Shown here: positions 9,383 to 19,249 of the stretch, in pieces
Numbering within the stretch: position 1 is the stretch's first letter
Layout: each line of letters opens with the position of its first letter
Assembly (NCBI GenBank): GCA_937888365.1
Contig: CALBFA010000104.1
Span: 3,649-67,648 of the forward strand
DNA: 64,000 nucleotides
Direction of reading: 5' to 3'
Source of the DNA: an uncultured Fidelibacterota bacterium
GTDB taxonomy: Bacteria > Fidelibacterota > UBA8477 > JABMPR01
Program-made: the position numbers and the translations under genes
Notes under the pieces: generated by a model
Seen by the model: the letters and a program-made list of their open reading frames with translations, nothing else
Told to the model about the DNA's origin: nothing
Database searches by the model: none

Positions 9383-10447
9383 ATGAAAGCACTTTTGACA
9401 GCAGGTGGACATGGTACTCGACTACAACCATTAACACATACACAAAACAAACATTTAATACCTATTGCCAACAAACCTATGATCCATTTTGCATTGGAAT
9501 ATCTGAAAGAAGCCGGCATCATTGAGGTCGGTATTATCATTAATGCTGGTGACACATCTTTCCCAGAAGTACTCGGAGACGGTAGTAATTGGGGGATAAA
9601 AATTACGTATATTGAACAAGAAGCCCCCCTCGGTCTTGCGCATGTGGTTAAAATTGCTGAACCCTTTATAGGTGAGGAACCATTTGTATTTTATTTAGGA
9701 GATAATATTCTTGTTGGTGGTATTAAAAAATTTATAGACACATTCAAAACGCAAAAATCTAATTGTCATCTCGTTCTTTCCCAAGTGGGGGATCCAACTC
9801 GGTTTGGTGTAGCTGAAATCAAAGATGACAAAATTTTGAATATTGAGGAAAAACCACTCAATCCAAAAAGTAATTATGCTGTAACGGGGATCTACTTTTA
9901 CGACAAAAGTATTTTTGAAGCCGTCAATGCCATCAAACCAAGTGCTAGGGGAGAGTTAGAAATTTCTGATGCCCACCAATATCTTTTAGACCATAATAAA
10001 AAAATCACTTTTTCAGAGATAACTGGCTGGTGGAAAGACACAGGCAATCCAGCCGATTTACTTGAAGCCAATAGACTCGTTACCGATAATATCGTTCATA
10101 AAATTTATGCTCAAGTTGATGAAAGTAATCAAATATTTGGCAGAGTTATCATTGAGCAAGGTGCAAAACTAAAAAATTGTGTCATAAGGGGGCCAGCGAT
10201 TATTGGAAAAAATTCAGTTCTTGTGGATGCCTATATTGGTCCATTTACGAGTATTAGCGATGGTTGTTTTATTGGGAATAGTGAAGTTGAATATTCGATT
10301 GTGATGGAAGGGAGTCGAATTCAAGATGCCGGAATCCGTATTGAAGGAAGTTTAATCGGAAAGAATGTTGATATCGTAAAAGCCAAAAGCAAACCTCGTA
10401 CTCAGCGATTTATGATTGGGGATCAGAGTAGGGTTGAATTATTATAG
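9383..10447 (+). CDS. Sugar-phosphate nucleotidyltransferase, long-form glucose-1-phosphate thymidylyltransferase-like, with C-terminal left-handed beta-helix
   Basis: The N-terminus LLTAGGHGTRLQPLT carries the G-x-G-T-R-L nucleotidyltransferase signature. The ~355-aa length and hexapeptide-repeat C-terminus fit the long-form enzyme. Confidence 0.75.
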   Translation: MKALLTAGGHGTRLQPLTHTQNKHLIPIANKPMIHFALEYLKEAGIIEVGIIINAGDTSFPEVLGDGSNWGIKITYIEQEAPLGLAHVVKIAEPFIGEEPFVFYLGDNILVGGIKKFIDTFKTQKSNCHLVLSQVGDPTRFGVAEIKDDKILNIEEKPLNPKSNYAVTGIYFYDKSIFEAVNAIKPSARGELEISDAHQYLLDHNKKITFSEITGWWKDTGNPADLLEANRLVTDNIVHKIYAQVDESNQIFGRVIIEQGAKLKNCVIRGPAIIGKNSVLVDAYIGPFTSISDGCFIGNSEVEYSIVMEGSRIQDAGIRIEGSLIGKNVDIVKAKSKPRTQRFMIGDQSRVELL

Positions 10448-10588
10448 CATCGTGTGTTGCATAGAAGGTCGGATAGTTTAATTTTACCGCCTACTCTTGA
10501 ATTCAGTGGTATTCCCAAAACAAGAGTTTGATATAAAGAATTACAAACCAAGTATATCTTGGAGAAATCGTAACGGATAGAGAGAGAA

Positions 10589-11599
10589 ATGAAAAATATT
10601 ATGAATTGGATGGGTGGAGATATTGCCATCGATTTAGGGACAGCGAACACTTTAATTTATATTAAGGGTCAAGGTGTCGTTTTAAATGAGCCTTCAATTG
10701 TAGCAAAATCACGCGCTACTGGAAAAGTAATAGCTGTTGGTAATGAAGCAAAACGTATGCTTGGCAAGGTGCATCATGATATTGAAACGATTAGACCTCT
10801 TCGAGACGGTGTTATTGCAAACTTTGAAATGGCGGATGGCATGTTACAAGGTTTTTTAAATAAACTTCCATTAAGCCGATTAGCACGACCCCGTATGGTT
10901 ATCTGTATTCCATCGGGAATAACGGAAGTTGAGAAACGTGCAGTGAAAGAAAGTGCTGAACGTCGAAATGCCAGAGAAGTTTTCTTAATTGAGGAACCCG
11001 TTGCAGCAGCCATCGGAATTGGATTAGATATAAGTCTACCGGTTGGAAATATGATTGTTGATATCGGTGGTGGTACAACGGAGATTGCCGTGATAGCCCT
11101 TAACGGTATCGTTACGAAGGAATCATTACGTGTCGCCGGTGATGAAATGGACGAAGCCATCATCCAATATTTTAGAAGAGAGCATAACTTGCTTATTGGT
11201 GAGAGTACGGCTGAAAAAATTAAAATTACTGTCGGGACAGCCATCAGTGAAGAAGAATATAATATCGCCGTTAAAGGTAGAAATATGGTAGCAGGCATCC
11301 CAAAAACAATTGAAGTATCATCTTCTCAAATACGCAAAGCACTTTCGGATACGATTGATACGATTGTTGATAGTGTGAAAATTTGCCTTGAACGAACACC
11401 ACCAGAATTAAGCTCTGATTTATTGGATCAAGGCATCATTTTGACGGGAGGTGGAGCCATGCTACCGGGATTAGAATCACGACTTCGTAGGGAAGTAGAT
11501 TTACCTGTTAATGTTGCTGAAGAACCTCTGCTCTCTATTGTTTATGGAACAGGCAAAGTATTAGACGAAATTGACAAATACCAAGATATTCTGTATTAA
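10589..11599 (+). CDS. mreB: Rod-shape-determining actin homolog MreB
   Basis: Phosphate-1 (IAIDLGTANT), phosphate-2 (DIGGGTTE) and adenosine motifs of the actin fold are present. The gene heads the mreBCD-mrdA-rodA operon. Confidence 0.92.
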   Translation: MKNIMNWMGGDIAIDLGTANTLIYIKGQGVVLNEPSIVAKSRATGKVIAVGNEAKRMLGKVHHDIETIRPLRDGVIANFEMADGMLQGFLNKLPLSRLARPRMVICIPSGITEVEKRAVKESAERRNAREVFLIEEPVAAAIGIGLDISLPVGNMIVDIGGGTTEIAVIALNGIVTKESLRVAGDEMDEAIIQYFRREHNLLIGESTAEKIKITVGTAISEEEYNIAVKGRNMVAGIPKTIEVSSSQIRKALSDTIDTIVDSVKICLERTPPELSSDLLDQGIILTGGGAMLPGLESRLRREVDLPVNVAEEPLLSIVYGTGKVLDEIDKYQDILY

Positions 11600-11616
11600 A
11601 ATAATTGTGTTAAATA

Positions 11617-12408
11617 ATGGCTAAACGCAAGAATAAGACTGAGACAAGACTCGGCCTTATTCATCTGGGTTTTGCTGTTGTTATCAGCGTGATTATAATG
11701 AGTTTACCTAACTCCCATGTTGTAACAACCTTTAGAAATATCACTCTTGATGGCGCTGCCGCCGTTTATGCCCCGATTCAATGGCTTGAAAATTTCGTAG
11801 TGCTACAAAGTAGATATAATGAACTTGAGCAGAGTTATATAAAAAACAAAATTGAATTGAATCGATTAAGAACCTTAGACCAAGAGAATGAACGACTTAG
11901 AAAAGCTTTAGGGTTTACCAAAATCGAAGATATTTCTGTGACCCCAGCGAATGTATTGTCAAATTCTTATAGCGAAATACTTACGAGCGTCTTTGTCGAT
12001 CAGGGAAAAAACAAAGGTGTAAACCTTCTGGATGCAGTTGTAGATGCTGAAGGGAATTTGGTTGGAAAAGTTGTTGCTGTATCAGATGAAAATGCTCTTA
12101 TTCAACTATTAAGCGACAAAAATTTCAAAGTCTCAATCCGTATTACACAATCGCGGAATACGGGTATACTTGAAAATACGATTACCGAAGGATTTGTTAT
12201 TAAGGATATCCCAAAAAATTTTTCAATCATTTCAGGAGATAGTATCGTGACATCGGGGTATAGTGATTTGTTTCCTGAACACATATTTGTTGGAAGAGTT
12301 GCATCTATTTCGCCACTTATCGAAGATTACATTAAATCTGTTCAAGTCGATATTGCTACAGATTTTAACAGTTTAGAAGAGGTATTTATTCTTAGAAAAA
12401 ATGATTAG
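11617..12408 (+). CDS. mreC: Rod-shape-determining protein MreC
   Basis: An N-terminal TM helix and coiled coil precede a beta-rich C-terminal domain. It sits between mreB and mreD. Confidence 0.8.
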   Translation: MAKRKNKTETRLGLIHLGFAVVISVIIMSLPNSHVVTTFRNITLDGAAAVYAPIQWLENFVVLQSRYNELEQSYIKNKIELNRLRTLDQENERLRKALGFTKIEDISVTPANVLSNSYSEILTSVFVDQGKNKGVNLLDAVVDAEGNLVGKVVAVSDENALIQLLSDKNFKVSIRITQSRNTGILENTITEGFVIKDIPKNFSIISGDSIVTSGYSDLFPEHIFVGRVASISPLIEDYIKSVQVDIATDFNSLEEVFILRKND

Positions 12409-12877
12409 GTTACTTATTAATATTCTAATGGGTTTCATCGTACTCTATTTCCAATGGGTGTTTCAAGGTTCAATTTCAATTTTGGGAGCTGTACCAAGTT
12501 TTATAGTTATTTATATTGTTTTTACAGGTTTAAAATATGGTAGTATTCAGGCTATTTGGCTCGGTTTATTATTTGGTTTTATTTGGGATGCATTAACGGC
12601 AACATCGTTTATTGGCTTAACTGCATTTAGCTTAATTATTACGGGCTATTTTGCAGGGATATTTGAAAAACGTATCGCTCGAATCACTATTTTTTATCGT
12701 TTTGGATTGTATTTAACATTTATTAGCGTATTTGAATTTCTCTCAATATTTATTTATTTTCAAAATTCAACGTGGGACTTTGGCGCAGTATTCTTTTTAA
12801 TTGTCATTCCCAATACCCTTTATACCTATATTGTTACGTTGATTGCTTTTCACTTTTTAGCTGTTGGTGATAAATAA
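12401..12877 (+). CDS. mreD: Rod-shape-determining protein MreD (polytopic membrane protein)
   Basis: A ~158-aa highly hydrophobic protein that overlaps mreC and precedes PBP2. Confidence 0.7.
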   Translation: MIRLLINILMGFIVLYFQWVFQGSISILGAVPSFIVIYIVFTGLKYGSIQAIWLGLLFGFIWDALTATSFIGLTAFSLIITGYFAGIFEKRIARITIFYRFGLYLTFISVFEFLSIFIYFQNSTWDFGAVFFLIVIPNTLYTYIVTLIAFHFLAVGDK

Positions 12878-14649
12878 TGCTTCAAGGCAGGAATTCAATT
12901 CAAGGTTGGAGAGTATTCACGACCTTAGGATTAATATTGCTATTATTTTCTGTTGTAGCAGCTCGTTATTACTGGTTAATGGTCATTAATCATGAAACGT
13001 ATAATAAAAGAGCAAACGCAAATTATATTCGTGCCGTTCCTATTACCGCCGCGCGAGGAATTATTTTTGATCGAAATAATAATATCTTAGTCGATAATAG
13101 TCCTGCTTATTCTGTGGCGGTTATACCTGTTGAAGTCAAAAAATATCCAGAATCACTCAATCGCTTAGGTGAGATCATGGATGTTTCTCTCGATTTGATT
13201 GAAAAACGAATCAAACAGAATCAAAGAGGACGATTTGCTCCTGCGATAATATTTTCTCGCGTACCTTTTGAAAAAATTAGCCGTTTGCAGGAAGGACGAT
13301 TAGAGTTACCGGGTGTTACCTATAGTATTGAGCCCATTCGTTCATATCCAGAACAAGCGGAAATGTCGCATCTTTTAGGATATACGCGTGAAATTGATCA
13401 AGATTACTTAAATCGTGTTAAAACAGATGATAATGATTATGAACCAGGTGATGAAGTAGGTTGGAAAGGACTTGAGAAAACCTACGAAGCAGAGTTGCAT
13501 GGAAGTCGAGGTTATCGCTACATGGAAGTAAATGCTTTAGGTCAAGAAATTGGAGAGAATGAAAACCGACCTCCTATTCATCCTATACCTGGAAATGATT
13601 TAAGACTTACGATAGATTTAAATTTCCAAAATATTGTAAGTGAAGCAATAGGTGACAGCTCAGGTGCTATAATAATTATCAACTACAAATCAGGCGAAAT
13701 ATTAACTTATTTAAGTCAACCTGGCTACGAGAGTAGTGTCCTTTCGGGGCGAATAAAAGAAGAAGTGTGGGCTGAGTTGATTAATAATCCTAAAACACCC
13801 TTATATGATAGGGTCGTTCAGGGACTCTATCCACCAGGTTCTGTACTCAAACTTGTCGCTGCTACGTATTTATTTGAAAATGAAAAGGAACAAGCAGAGT
13901 ATAGGTGCACAGGGAAGTTAAAATGGGGAAATCGGGAATTCGGTTGCTGGAAAAAAGTTGGCCATGGAAAAATAAAATTAATGGAAGCCATTGAGCAATC
14001 GTGCAATGTTTATTTCTTTAATTCTATCGAAGAAATAGGGTTAGAAAATTGGTCGTTACTGTGTAAAAATTATGGGTTTGGTGAAAATACTGGAATCGAT
14101 ATTTACGGAGAGAAAGATGGAACTGTTCCAGATGAACATTACATGGACGGTCGATACGGCAAAAATAATTGGACAAAAGGCAATTTATTAAATATGGTAA
14201 TTGGTCAGGGTGATGTTTTAGTAACACCGATTCAGTTAGCACAATATGCGGCTATCATAGCGAATAAGGGAATAAAGTTTGAACCTCATCTAGTAAAAGA
14301 AGTCATCTATCACTCTGGGAGAATAAAATTTATTAACCAAAAAAATAGCGAACAAGTTGTGAATGTTTCGGATGAGACGTGGCAAAAGATTCATGAAGGA
14401 ATGCGACTGGTGGTAAATGGGAAAAAAGGAACCGCAAAATCGGCTCGTCAGAAAAAAATGACAGTCTATGGCAAAACGGGTACATCTCAAAATACTCAAG
14501 GTGAAGATCACGCTTGGTTTATAGGTTTTATTGATAATCCAGATTTACCAATTGCTTGGGCAGTGTTGCTTGAAAACGGCGGGTCCGGTGGTGGAAAAGC
14601 TGCCCCTTTGATGGGGAAAATATTAGGCAAACTTGGTAAAAATATGTAA
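12877..14649 (+). CDS. mrdA: Penicillin-binding protein 2 (peptidoglycan D,D-transpeptidase)
   Basis: A PBP dimerisation domain is followed by a transpeptidase domain with SxxK (PGSVLK), SxN and KTGT (GKTGTS) motifs. The start overlaps the mreD stop. Confidence 0.9.
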   Translation: MLQGRNSIQGWRVFTTLGLILLLFSVVAARYYWLMVINHETYNKRANANYIRAVPITAARGIIFDRNNNILVDNSPAYSVAVIPVEVKKYPESLNRLGEIMDVSLDLIEKRIKQNQRGRFAPAIIFSRVPFEKISRLQEGRLELPGVTYSIEPIRSYPEQAEMSHLLGYTREIDQDYLNRVKTDDNDYEPGDEVGWKGLEKTYEAELHGSRGYRYMEVNALGQEIGENENRPPIHPIPGNDLRLTIDLNFQNIVSEAIGDSSGAIIIINYKSGEILTYLSQPGYESSVLSGRIKEEVWAELINNPKTPLYDRVVQGLYPPGSVLKLVAATYLFENEKEQAEYRCTGKLKWGNREFGCWKKVGHGKIKLMEAIEQSCNVYFFNSIEEIGLENWSLLCKNYGFGENTGIDIYGEKDGTVPDEHYMDGRYGKNNWTKGNLLNMVIGQGDVLVTPIQLAQYAAIIANKGIKFEPHLVKEVIYHSGRIKFINQKNSEQVVNVSDETWQKIHEGMRLVVNGKKGTAKSARQKKMTVYGKTGTSQNTQGEDHAWFIGFIDNPDLPIAWAVLLENGGSGGGKAAPLMGKILGKLGKNM

Positions 14650-15875
14650 TGGCTATTTCAAGATTATTAAAAAGGAAATGGAAGTCACTCGACTGGACAC
14701 AGGTTTTTCTTGTTTCAATTCTAATTTCAATTGGGTTAACGGCACTCTATAGCATCGAATTTCAACAAGCAGGAATCGACAAATCTTTTTTTGCTCGACA
14801 AGTTATCTGGAGCCTTTCGGGTATTATCGCTTTCTTTATTGCATTTTTTATTCCTCAAAAAGTTTTATTTAATTTTGCATATGTTTTTTATGGATTTGCC
14901 TTGTTACTGCTTATAACGACTGCTTTTATTGGAAGCGGCAGTGTATCGAGATGGATAATGATCGGCTCCGTCGGGTTACAAAGCTCAGAGTTTATGAAAA
15001 TTGCTCTAATAATTGCCATAGCTCGGTATTTTGCTGATCATAAAATTCAACTTCGCCATTGGAAAGAATTTATTCCACCCATTTTATTAACCCTTGTTCC
15101 AGTTATTCTTGTTTTAATTCAACCTGATTTAGGGACGTCTCTAGTTTTTGTAGGCTTGCTTTTTATCGTGATTTTTTGGGGTGGGATTTATCCTCTAAAT
15201 TATTTTTTATTAATTTCGCCTCTTATTTCTATGATAGCGGTCTTTAATGTTACGGCATTTTTTATATGGATGGCAATATTCGTTCTTGTGTTGGCTGTTA
15301 GTAAACCACCCATCATTTGGACGATCGGTAACTTTATTTTAAACATTGGAGTGGGTGGTCTTACGAGTTTGATGTGGGATTTTCTAAAGCCCTATCAACA
15401 AAATCGCATACTATCTTTATTTAAACCTGAACTTGATCCTCTTGGGTCAGGATATCAGTTGAGCCAATCACTTACTGCATTCGGTTCGGGTGGGGTATAT
15501 GGAAAGGGTTTTGGGCAAGGTACTCAAACCCATTTAAAATTTCTTCCTGAGCAACATTCGGATTTTATTATGACAGTTATTGGAGAAGAATTTGGATTCG
15601 CCAGTGTCATTTTTGTGATACTGTTACTCACATATTTAATTGCACGAATGATCTATTTTGCGGGTGAAAATAAGTATCGATTCAATAGTATGATGCTTCT
15701 GGGAGGTGCCAGTATATTGTTTTTACATAGTTTAGTCAACTTAGGAATGATAGTTGGCCTCTTACCTGTCACCGGAATTCCTTTACCTTTTATTAGCTAC
15801 GGAGGCTCTTTTTTATTGACGGCGATGATTATTGTAGGTTTAGCAGCTAATATGATCAGTAATGATCGTATGTAA
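14649..15875 (+). CDS. rodA: SEDS-family peptidoglycan glycosyltransferase RodA
   Basis: A ten-TM protein of the FtsW/RodA/SpoVE family sitting immediately after mrdA. Confidence 0.88.
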   Translation: MAISRLLKRKWKSLDWTQVFLVSILISIGLTALYSIEFQQAGIDKSFFARQVIWSLSGIIAFFIAFFIPQKVLFNFAYVFYGFALLLLITTAFIGSGSVSRWIMIGSVGLQSSEFMKIALIIAIARYFADHKIQLRHWKEFIPPILLTLVPVILVLIQPDLGTSLVFVGLLFIVIFWGGIYPLNYFLLISPLISMIAVFNVTAFFIWMAIFVLVLAVSKPPIIWTIGNFILNIGVGGLTSLMWDFLKPYQQNRILSLFKPELDPLGSGYQLSQSLTAFGSGGVYGKGFGQGTQTHLKFLPEQHSDFIMTVIGEEFGFASVIFVILLLTYLIARMIYFAGENKYRFNSMMLLGGASILFLHSLVNLGMIVGLLPVTGIPLPFISYGGSFLLTAMIIVGLAANMISNDRM

Positions 15876-15962
15876 TTTGGAAAAAGCCTTTGATGACTAT
15901 AGGGTTTCCGTTAAATTCGCCGCCATATGATTCAACTTTTTAACTTAGCTTTTGGACTGTCT

Positions 15963-17189
15963 ATGAAAAAACTAAAAAACAAATGCACGATATTGATTTT
16001 ACTTAGCTTGACATTTTTGTACGCCTGCAGCAGTTCAAAAACGGACGCTGATATCATGACGATTGAAACTCACCAAAAAGAGTTGGATAGTTTGTTGTCA
16101 GGATTGGACTCAAAATATAAAGAATTTGAAGTTGAGATTGACGCACTACGAGATACATATGATGAAGATCATAAAACACTTGAAGATTTATATCGATTGA
16201 ATGCAGAATCGCGTACGAGTATTTCTAATCTCGAAGAAGATATCAAAACGAGGTTTAGCGAAGTCCAGTCAAAGCAATCTTTAAAAGTAGACAAAACTTG
16301 GATAAATGGTGTGATTGATTCTTTAAGCAAAGGTCAAGAGGGAAAACTTGCTGAGCTGCAAGTCGTTTATACGAAAGCGCTTGAATTAAGCCAAGAAAAA
16401 ATGGCAGATAACATGTCTTATCTAGATACTTTAAAAAAAGCCATGCCAGAGGAATCCATTTACATTTTAAAGCAAGATGTTTTGAGTGGTGGAACGCGTT
16501 CTACATTTGATTCAACCATGGCAGATTTACAGCTCGCTTTGAATGAACAGGTATTCTATTTACAAAAAGAAATTGATAGAATGAGCCACAATGTTGTCGT
16601 TCAGGATAGTTCAATCTATGATATTTTGTCCCAAATGGTTTTGCTTGAAAATAAAATCATTTCGTTGACGAACTCATTTACAGAAATCTTAGGTATGACG
16701 GATACGGAAACATTGATTGCAAAAGCAAAACCTAGCCAAAGTGATTATGTACCTGCTACAAGCGTCACGGTGATTGACAAACCCGTAAATGCCATCCAAA
16801 CAAAGCCACCTGTTAATGCTGAAACATATAAAAATCATTATATTGATGCTTTAAGTTCGTATCAAAACAGAAGTTATGCAGAGGCTGTTAAAGAATTTAA
16901 AGTACTTTTAGAGCAAAGCACAAGCCATGATTTAGCTGACAATGCTCAATATTGGATTGGGGAATCTTACTATGGGATGGAAGATTATACCAAAGCTGTA
17001 GAAGAATTTACAAAAGTTTTTTCGTTCAATGATAGTAATAAAGCCGATTCAGCACAATTTAAAATTGGCTATTGTTATCTAAACATGAACAACACAAAAC
17101 AAGCTAAAATTGAATTTCAAAAAGTAATTACGCGCTTTCCTGAAAGTGAGTATGTCGAACGTGTTAATCAGATATTGTCACGTTTATAA
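15963..17189 (+). CDS. CpoB/YbgF-like lipoprotein (N-terminal coiled coil plus C-terminal TPR domain)
   Basis: A lipoprotein signal (MKKLKNKCTILILLSLTFLYAC) and a long coiled coil precede a C-terminal TPR block (AQYWIGESYYGMEDYTKAVEEF...AQFKIGYCYLNM...FPESEYVERV) typical of YbgF/CpoB. An alternative upstream start exists at 15927. Confidence 0.55.
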   Translation: MKKLKNKCTILILLSLTFLYACSSSKTDADIMTIETHQKELDSLLSGLDSKYKEFEVEIDALRDTYDEDHKTLEDLYRLNAESRTSISNLEEDIKTRFSEVQSKQSLKVDKTWINGVIDSLSKGQEGKLAELQVVYTKALELSQEKMADNMSYLDTLKKAMPEESIYILKQDVLSGGTRSTFDSTMADLQLALNEQVFYLQKEIDRMSHNVVVQDSSIYDILSQMVLLENKIISLTNSFTEILGMTDTETLIAKAKPSQSDYVPATSVTVIDKPVNAIQTKPPVNAETYKNHYIDALSSYQNRSYAEAVKEFKVLLEQSTSHDLADNAQYWIGESYYGMEDYTKAVEEFTKVFSFNDSNKADSAQFKIGYCYLNMNNTKQAKIEFQKVITRFPESEYVERVNQILSRL

Positions 17190-17207
17190 AAGGATAAAGG
17201 GTTCTAG

Positions 17208-18035
17208 ATGTCCAAGAAAATTTATTTTGTCTCAACAGAAGTGTCTCCATTTGCTGAAGTTACCTCTCTTTCAAAATTCTCAAATCATATCGCTAGCGAG
17301 TTCCATGCTAATAAAATAGATTTGCGTGTTTTTACACCACGTTATGGATTTATTAGTGAACGTCGTTATGTTATTCGCGAAGTTATTCGCTTAAAAGACA
17401 TGGAAACTGATTTTAAAGGTGAAGTTGTGATTGCCTCTGGTAAATCAGCATTTTTACCTCAAACCAAAGTGCAAGTTTATTTTTTAGACTATCCTTTATA
17501 TTTTGGTTCGAAAAATAAGGCATTATATCGCGTACCAGAAGGTCGGTATAATTCTCGTAATGCTGAGAAATATGGTTTCTTTTCAAAAATTACAATGAAA
17601 AATCTTTTGGAGCTTTATTGGCAACCTGATTATATTTTTTGCAATGATTGGACAACAGCGCTTATTCCAATTTTATTAAAAACAATTTGCACTGATGAAG
17701 AATTCTTTGACGGAATTAAAACGATACTCAATATTACCAACCCTGAAGAAATGGGAAAATTTGAAGCTAAACATTTGAAAATGCTTGGTATTGATGAATC
17801 GCTTATTGAAGGTTACGAAAATAATTTATTAGCGTTAGCTGCAAAATATGCCGATGAAGTCATTGCAACTTCAATTGATGGTCGAGATGTTAGAAAAGAG
17901 TTGGAACAAAACACACTGTTCATGGATTCATTGAAAAGCCAAGGTAAAGAGTTGAAGGTGTTTACTGTGGGCGAAGATGAAAATTGGAGTAGTGTTTCGA
18001 ATGATATTGCTGAACATTTCCAGCTCAATGAGTAG
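17208..18035 (+). CDS. Truncated glycogen/starch-synthase-like protein (GT5 N-terminal domain only, KxGGL motif absent)
   Basis: The N-terminus KIYFVSTEVSPFAEVTSL aligns to GlgA KILFVSSEV.PFAKTGGLADV with the KTGGL motif lost. The DW-containing region (IFCNDWTTALIP) and LNITNPEEMG also align to GT5. The whole GT1 C-terminal domain is missing. Confidence 0.55.
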   Translation: MSKKIYFVSTEVSPFAEVTSLSKFSNHIASEFHANKIDLRVFTPRYGFISERRYVIREVIRLKDMETDFKGEVVIASGKSAFLPQTKVQVYFLDYPLYFGSKNKALYRVPEGRYNSRNAEKYGFFSKITMKNLLELYWQPDYIFCNDWTTALIPILLKTICTDEEFFDGIKTILNITNPEEMGKFEAKHLKMLGIDESLIEGYENNLLALAAKYADEVIATSIDGRDVRKELEQNTLFMDSLKSQGKELKVFTVGEDENWSSVSNDIAEHFQLNE

Positions 18036-18074
18036 CAATTGATTGTCAAAACAGAATGTTATTAATGGAAAATT

Positions 18075-18101
18075 AGCCAGGTATAACTCTTGGCTTTTTT
18101 A
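18075..18101 (+). terminator. Rho-independent terminator after the GT5-like gene
   Basis: The hairpin AGCCAGG-TATAACT-CTTGGCT contains one G-U pair and is followed by six T residues. Confidence 0.55.
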
Positions 18102-18115
18102 ATCTCTGGGGAACT

Positions 18116-19249
18116 ATGCTAAAAAACTATTTAAAATTACTAATACTTGCACTCGCAATAATAATGGCGTCTTGCGAAAATCCACAAGCGGTTAATTCAG
18201 AATCGCTGTCAAATAACCCCTTTATAAAATTTGACACGACTTTTCACATAAGTGAATATTCCATGGTTGATGATTCAAGTTTTACTGTCAATGCTAATTC
18301 TTTTTTTGTAGGGGAGTTAGTGGGTCGTTCGATGGCAGCAGCCATGCGCTTTTCTATTAGCGACTCTGTATTTGCAACCAACGCTATTCAAGATATCGTC
18401 CTAAGTTTTTGGGTTGATAATCGATTTAATGATTCAAATGATTCGCTTTTAGCCAATACGTTTGATTTAGAAATCGCAGTAGAATCTGACATGGAATTAT
18501 CTTATGATAACATTTCTGTGAAAAACTACGATGCTCAGTTGACATCTCAGGATACTTTAATTGAAGTTTCATTAAATAACCTCGATTTTACCACTTTCTT
18601 TGCTGAAGATACGATTTCAGCTGACACTACGCTGGTATTGAGTTTAAACTCCAATACAATGGGAAGTCTATTTGAAATTTATGGACGTAATAATTTACTA
18701 TTTCAACCCAAACTTACCTTCTCTTATACTTCTTTAGATACAGATACTACAGCGACTTTTTCATTTTTATCTGATTCATTGATTCATTTAACAAATGAAT
18801 CAAACGATTCCTTACTAGTAGATGAATATTTCTACTTAGAATCGTTTGTTGGACAAAAAATTCAATTTTCAATCAATATAAACATGGACAGTCTCACAAG
18901 TCAGCAATTAGCCACATTAAAACACTCTGATTTTGAGCTGGAAATTGACAGTACGGAATCTCGTTTCTTTTATGATTTAAATGCGAATATTGGCTGGAAG
19001 CAAACATTGCTACTCACAGAGGAAAAATATCTATCCGCGCAATTAGTCGAGCTAGATAAACCCGCAAATACGTATTCGAATTACACTATCACAAATCTAA
19101 TTGAGCCGTATTATCCAACAAAGGATAGTTTAATTACTTTGACGCTTAAGTATCGATACATCAATAGTGTACCCGGTAGAATTGCCTTTAAAAAATCAGG
19201 AATCCTTTCGAATATTTTTACGAGCTACTCGATAGTTGAGGTTAAATAG
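18116..19249 (+). CDS. Hypothetical lipoprotein (possibly DUF4270-like)
   Basis: It has a lipoprotein signal (LALAIIMASC) and an S/T/N/D-rich beta-type composition. I could not identify a domain by eye. Confidence 0.4.
   Translation: MLKNYLKLLILALAIIMASCENPQAVNSESLSNNPFIKFDTTFHISEYSMVDDSSFTVNANSFFVGELVGRSMAAAMRFSISDSVFATNAIQDIVLSFWVDNRFNDSNDSLLANTFDLEIAVESDMELSYDNISVKNYDAQLTSQDTLIEVSLNNLDFTTFFAEDTISADTTLVLSLNSNTMGSLFEIYGRNNLLFQPKLTFSYTSLDTDTTATFSFLSDSLIHLTNESNDSLLVDEYFYLESFVGQKIQFSININMDSLTSQQLATLKHSDFELEIDSTESRFFYDLNANIGWKQTLLLTEEKYLSAQLVELDKPANTYSNYTITNLIEPYYPTKDSLITLTLKYRYINSVPGRIAFKKSGILSNIFTSYSIVEVK

Noticed and set aside
10774-11298. A 174-aa ORF antisense to mreB, and similar antisense ORFs at 22797-23180 (in glyA), 56283-56858 (in korB) and 45922-46209 (in pta)
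   Set aside because: They lie entirely inside strongly supported conserved genes on the opposite strand. They lack RBS context, and their A/S/P-rich composition is typical of antisense frames of coding DNA.
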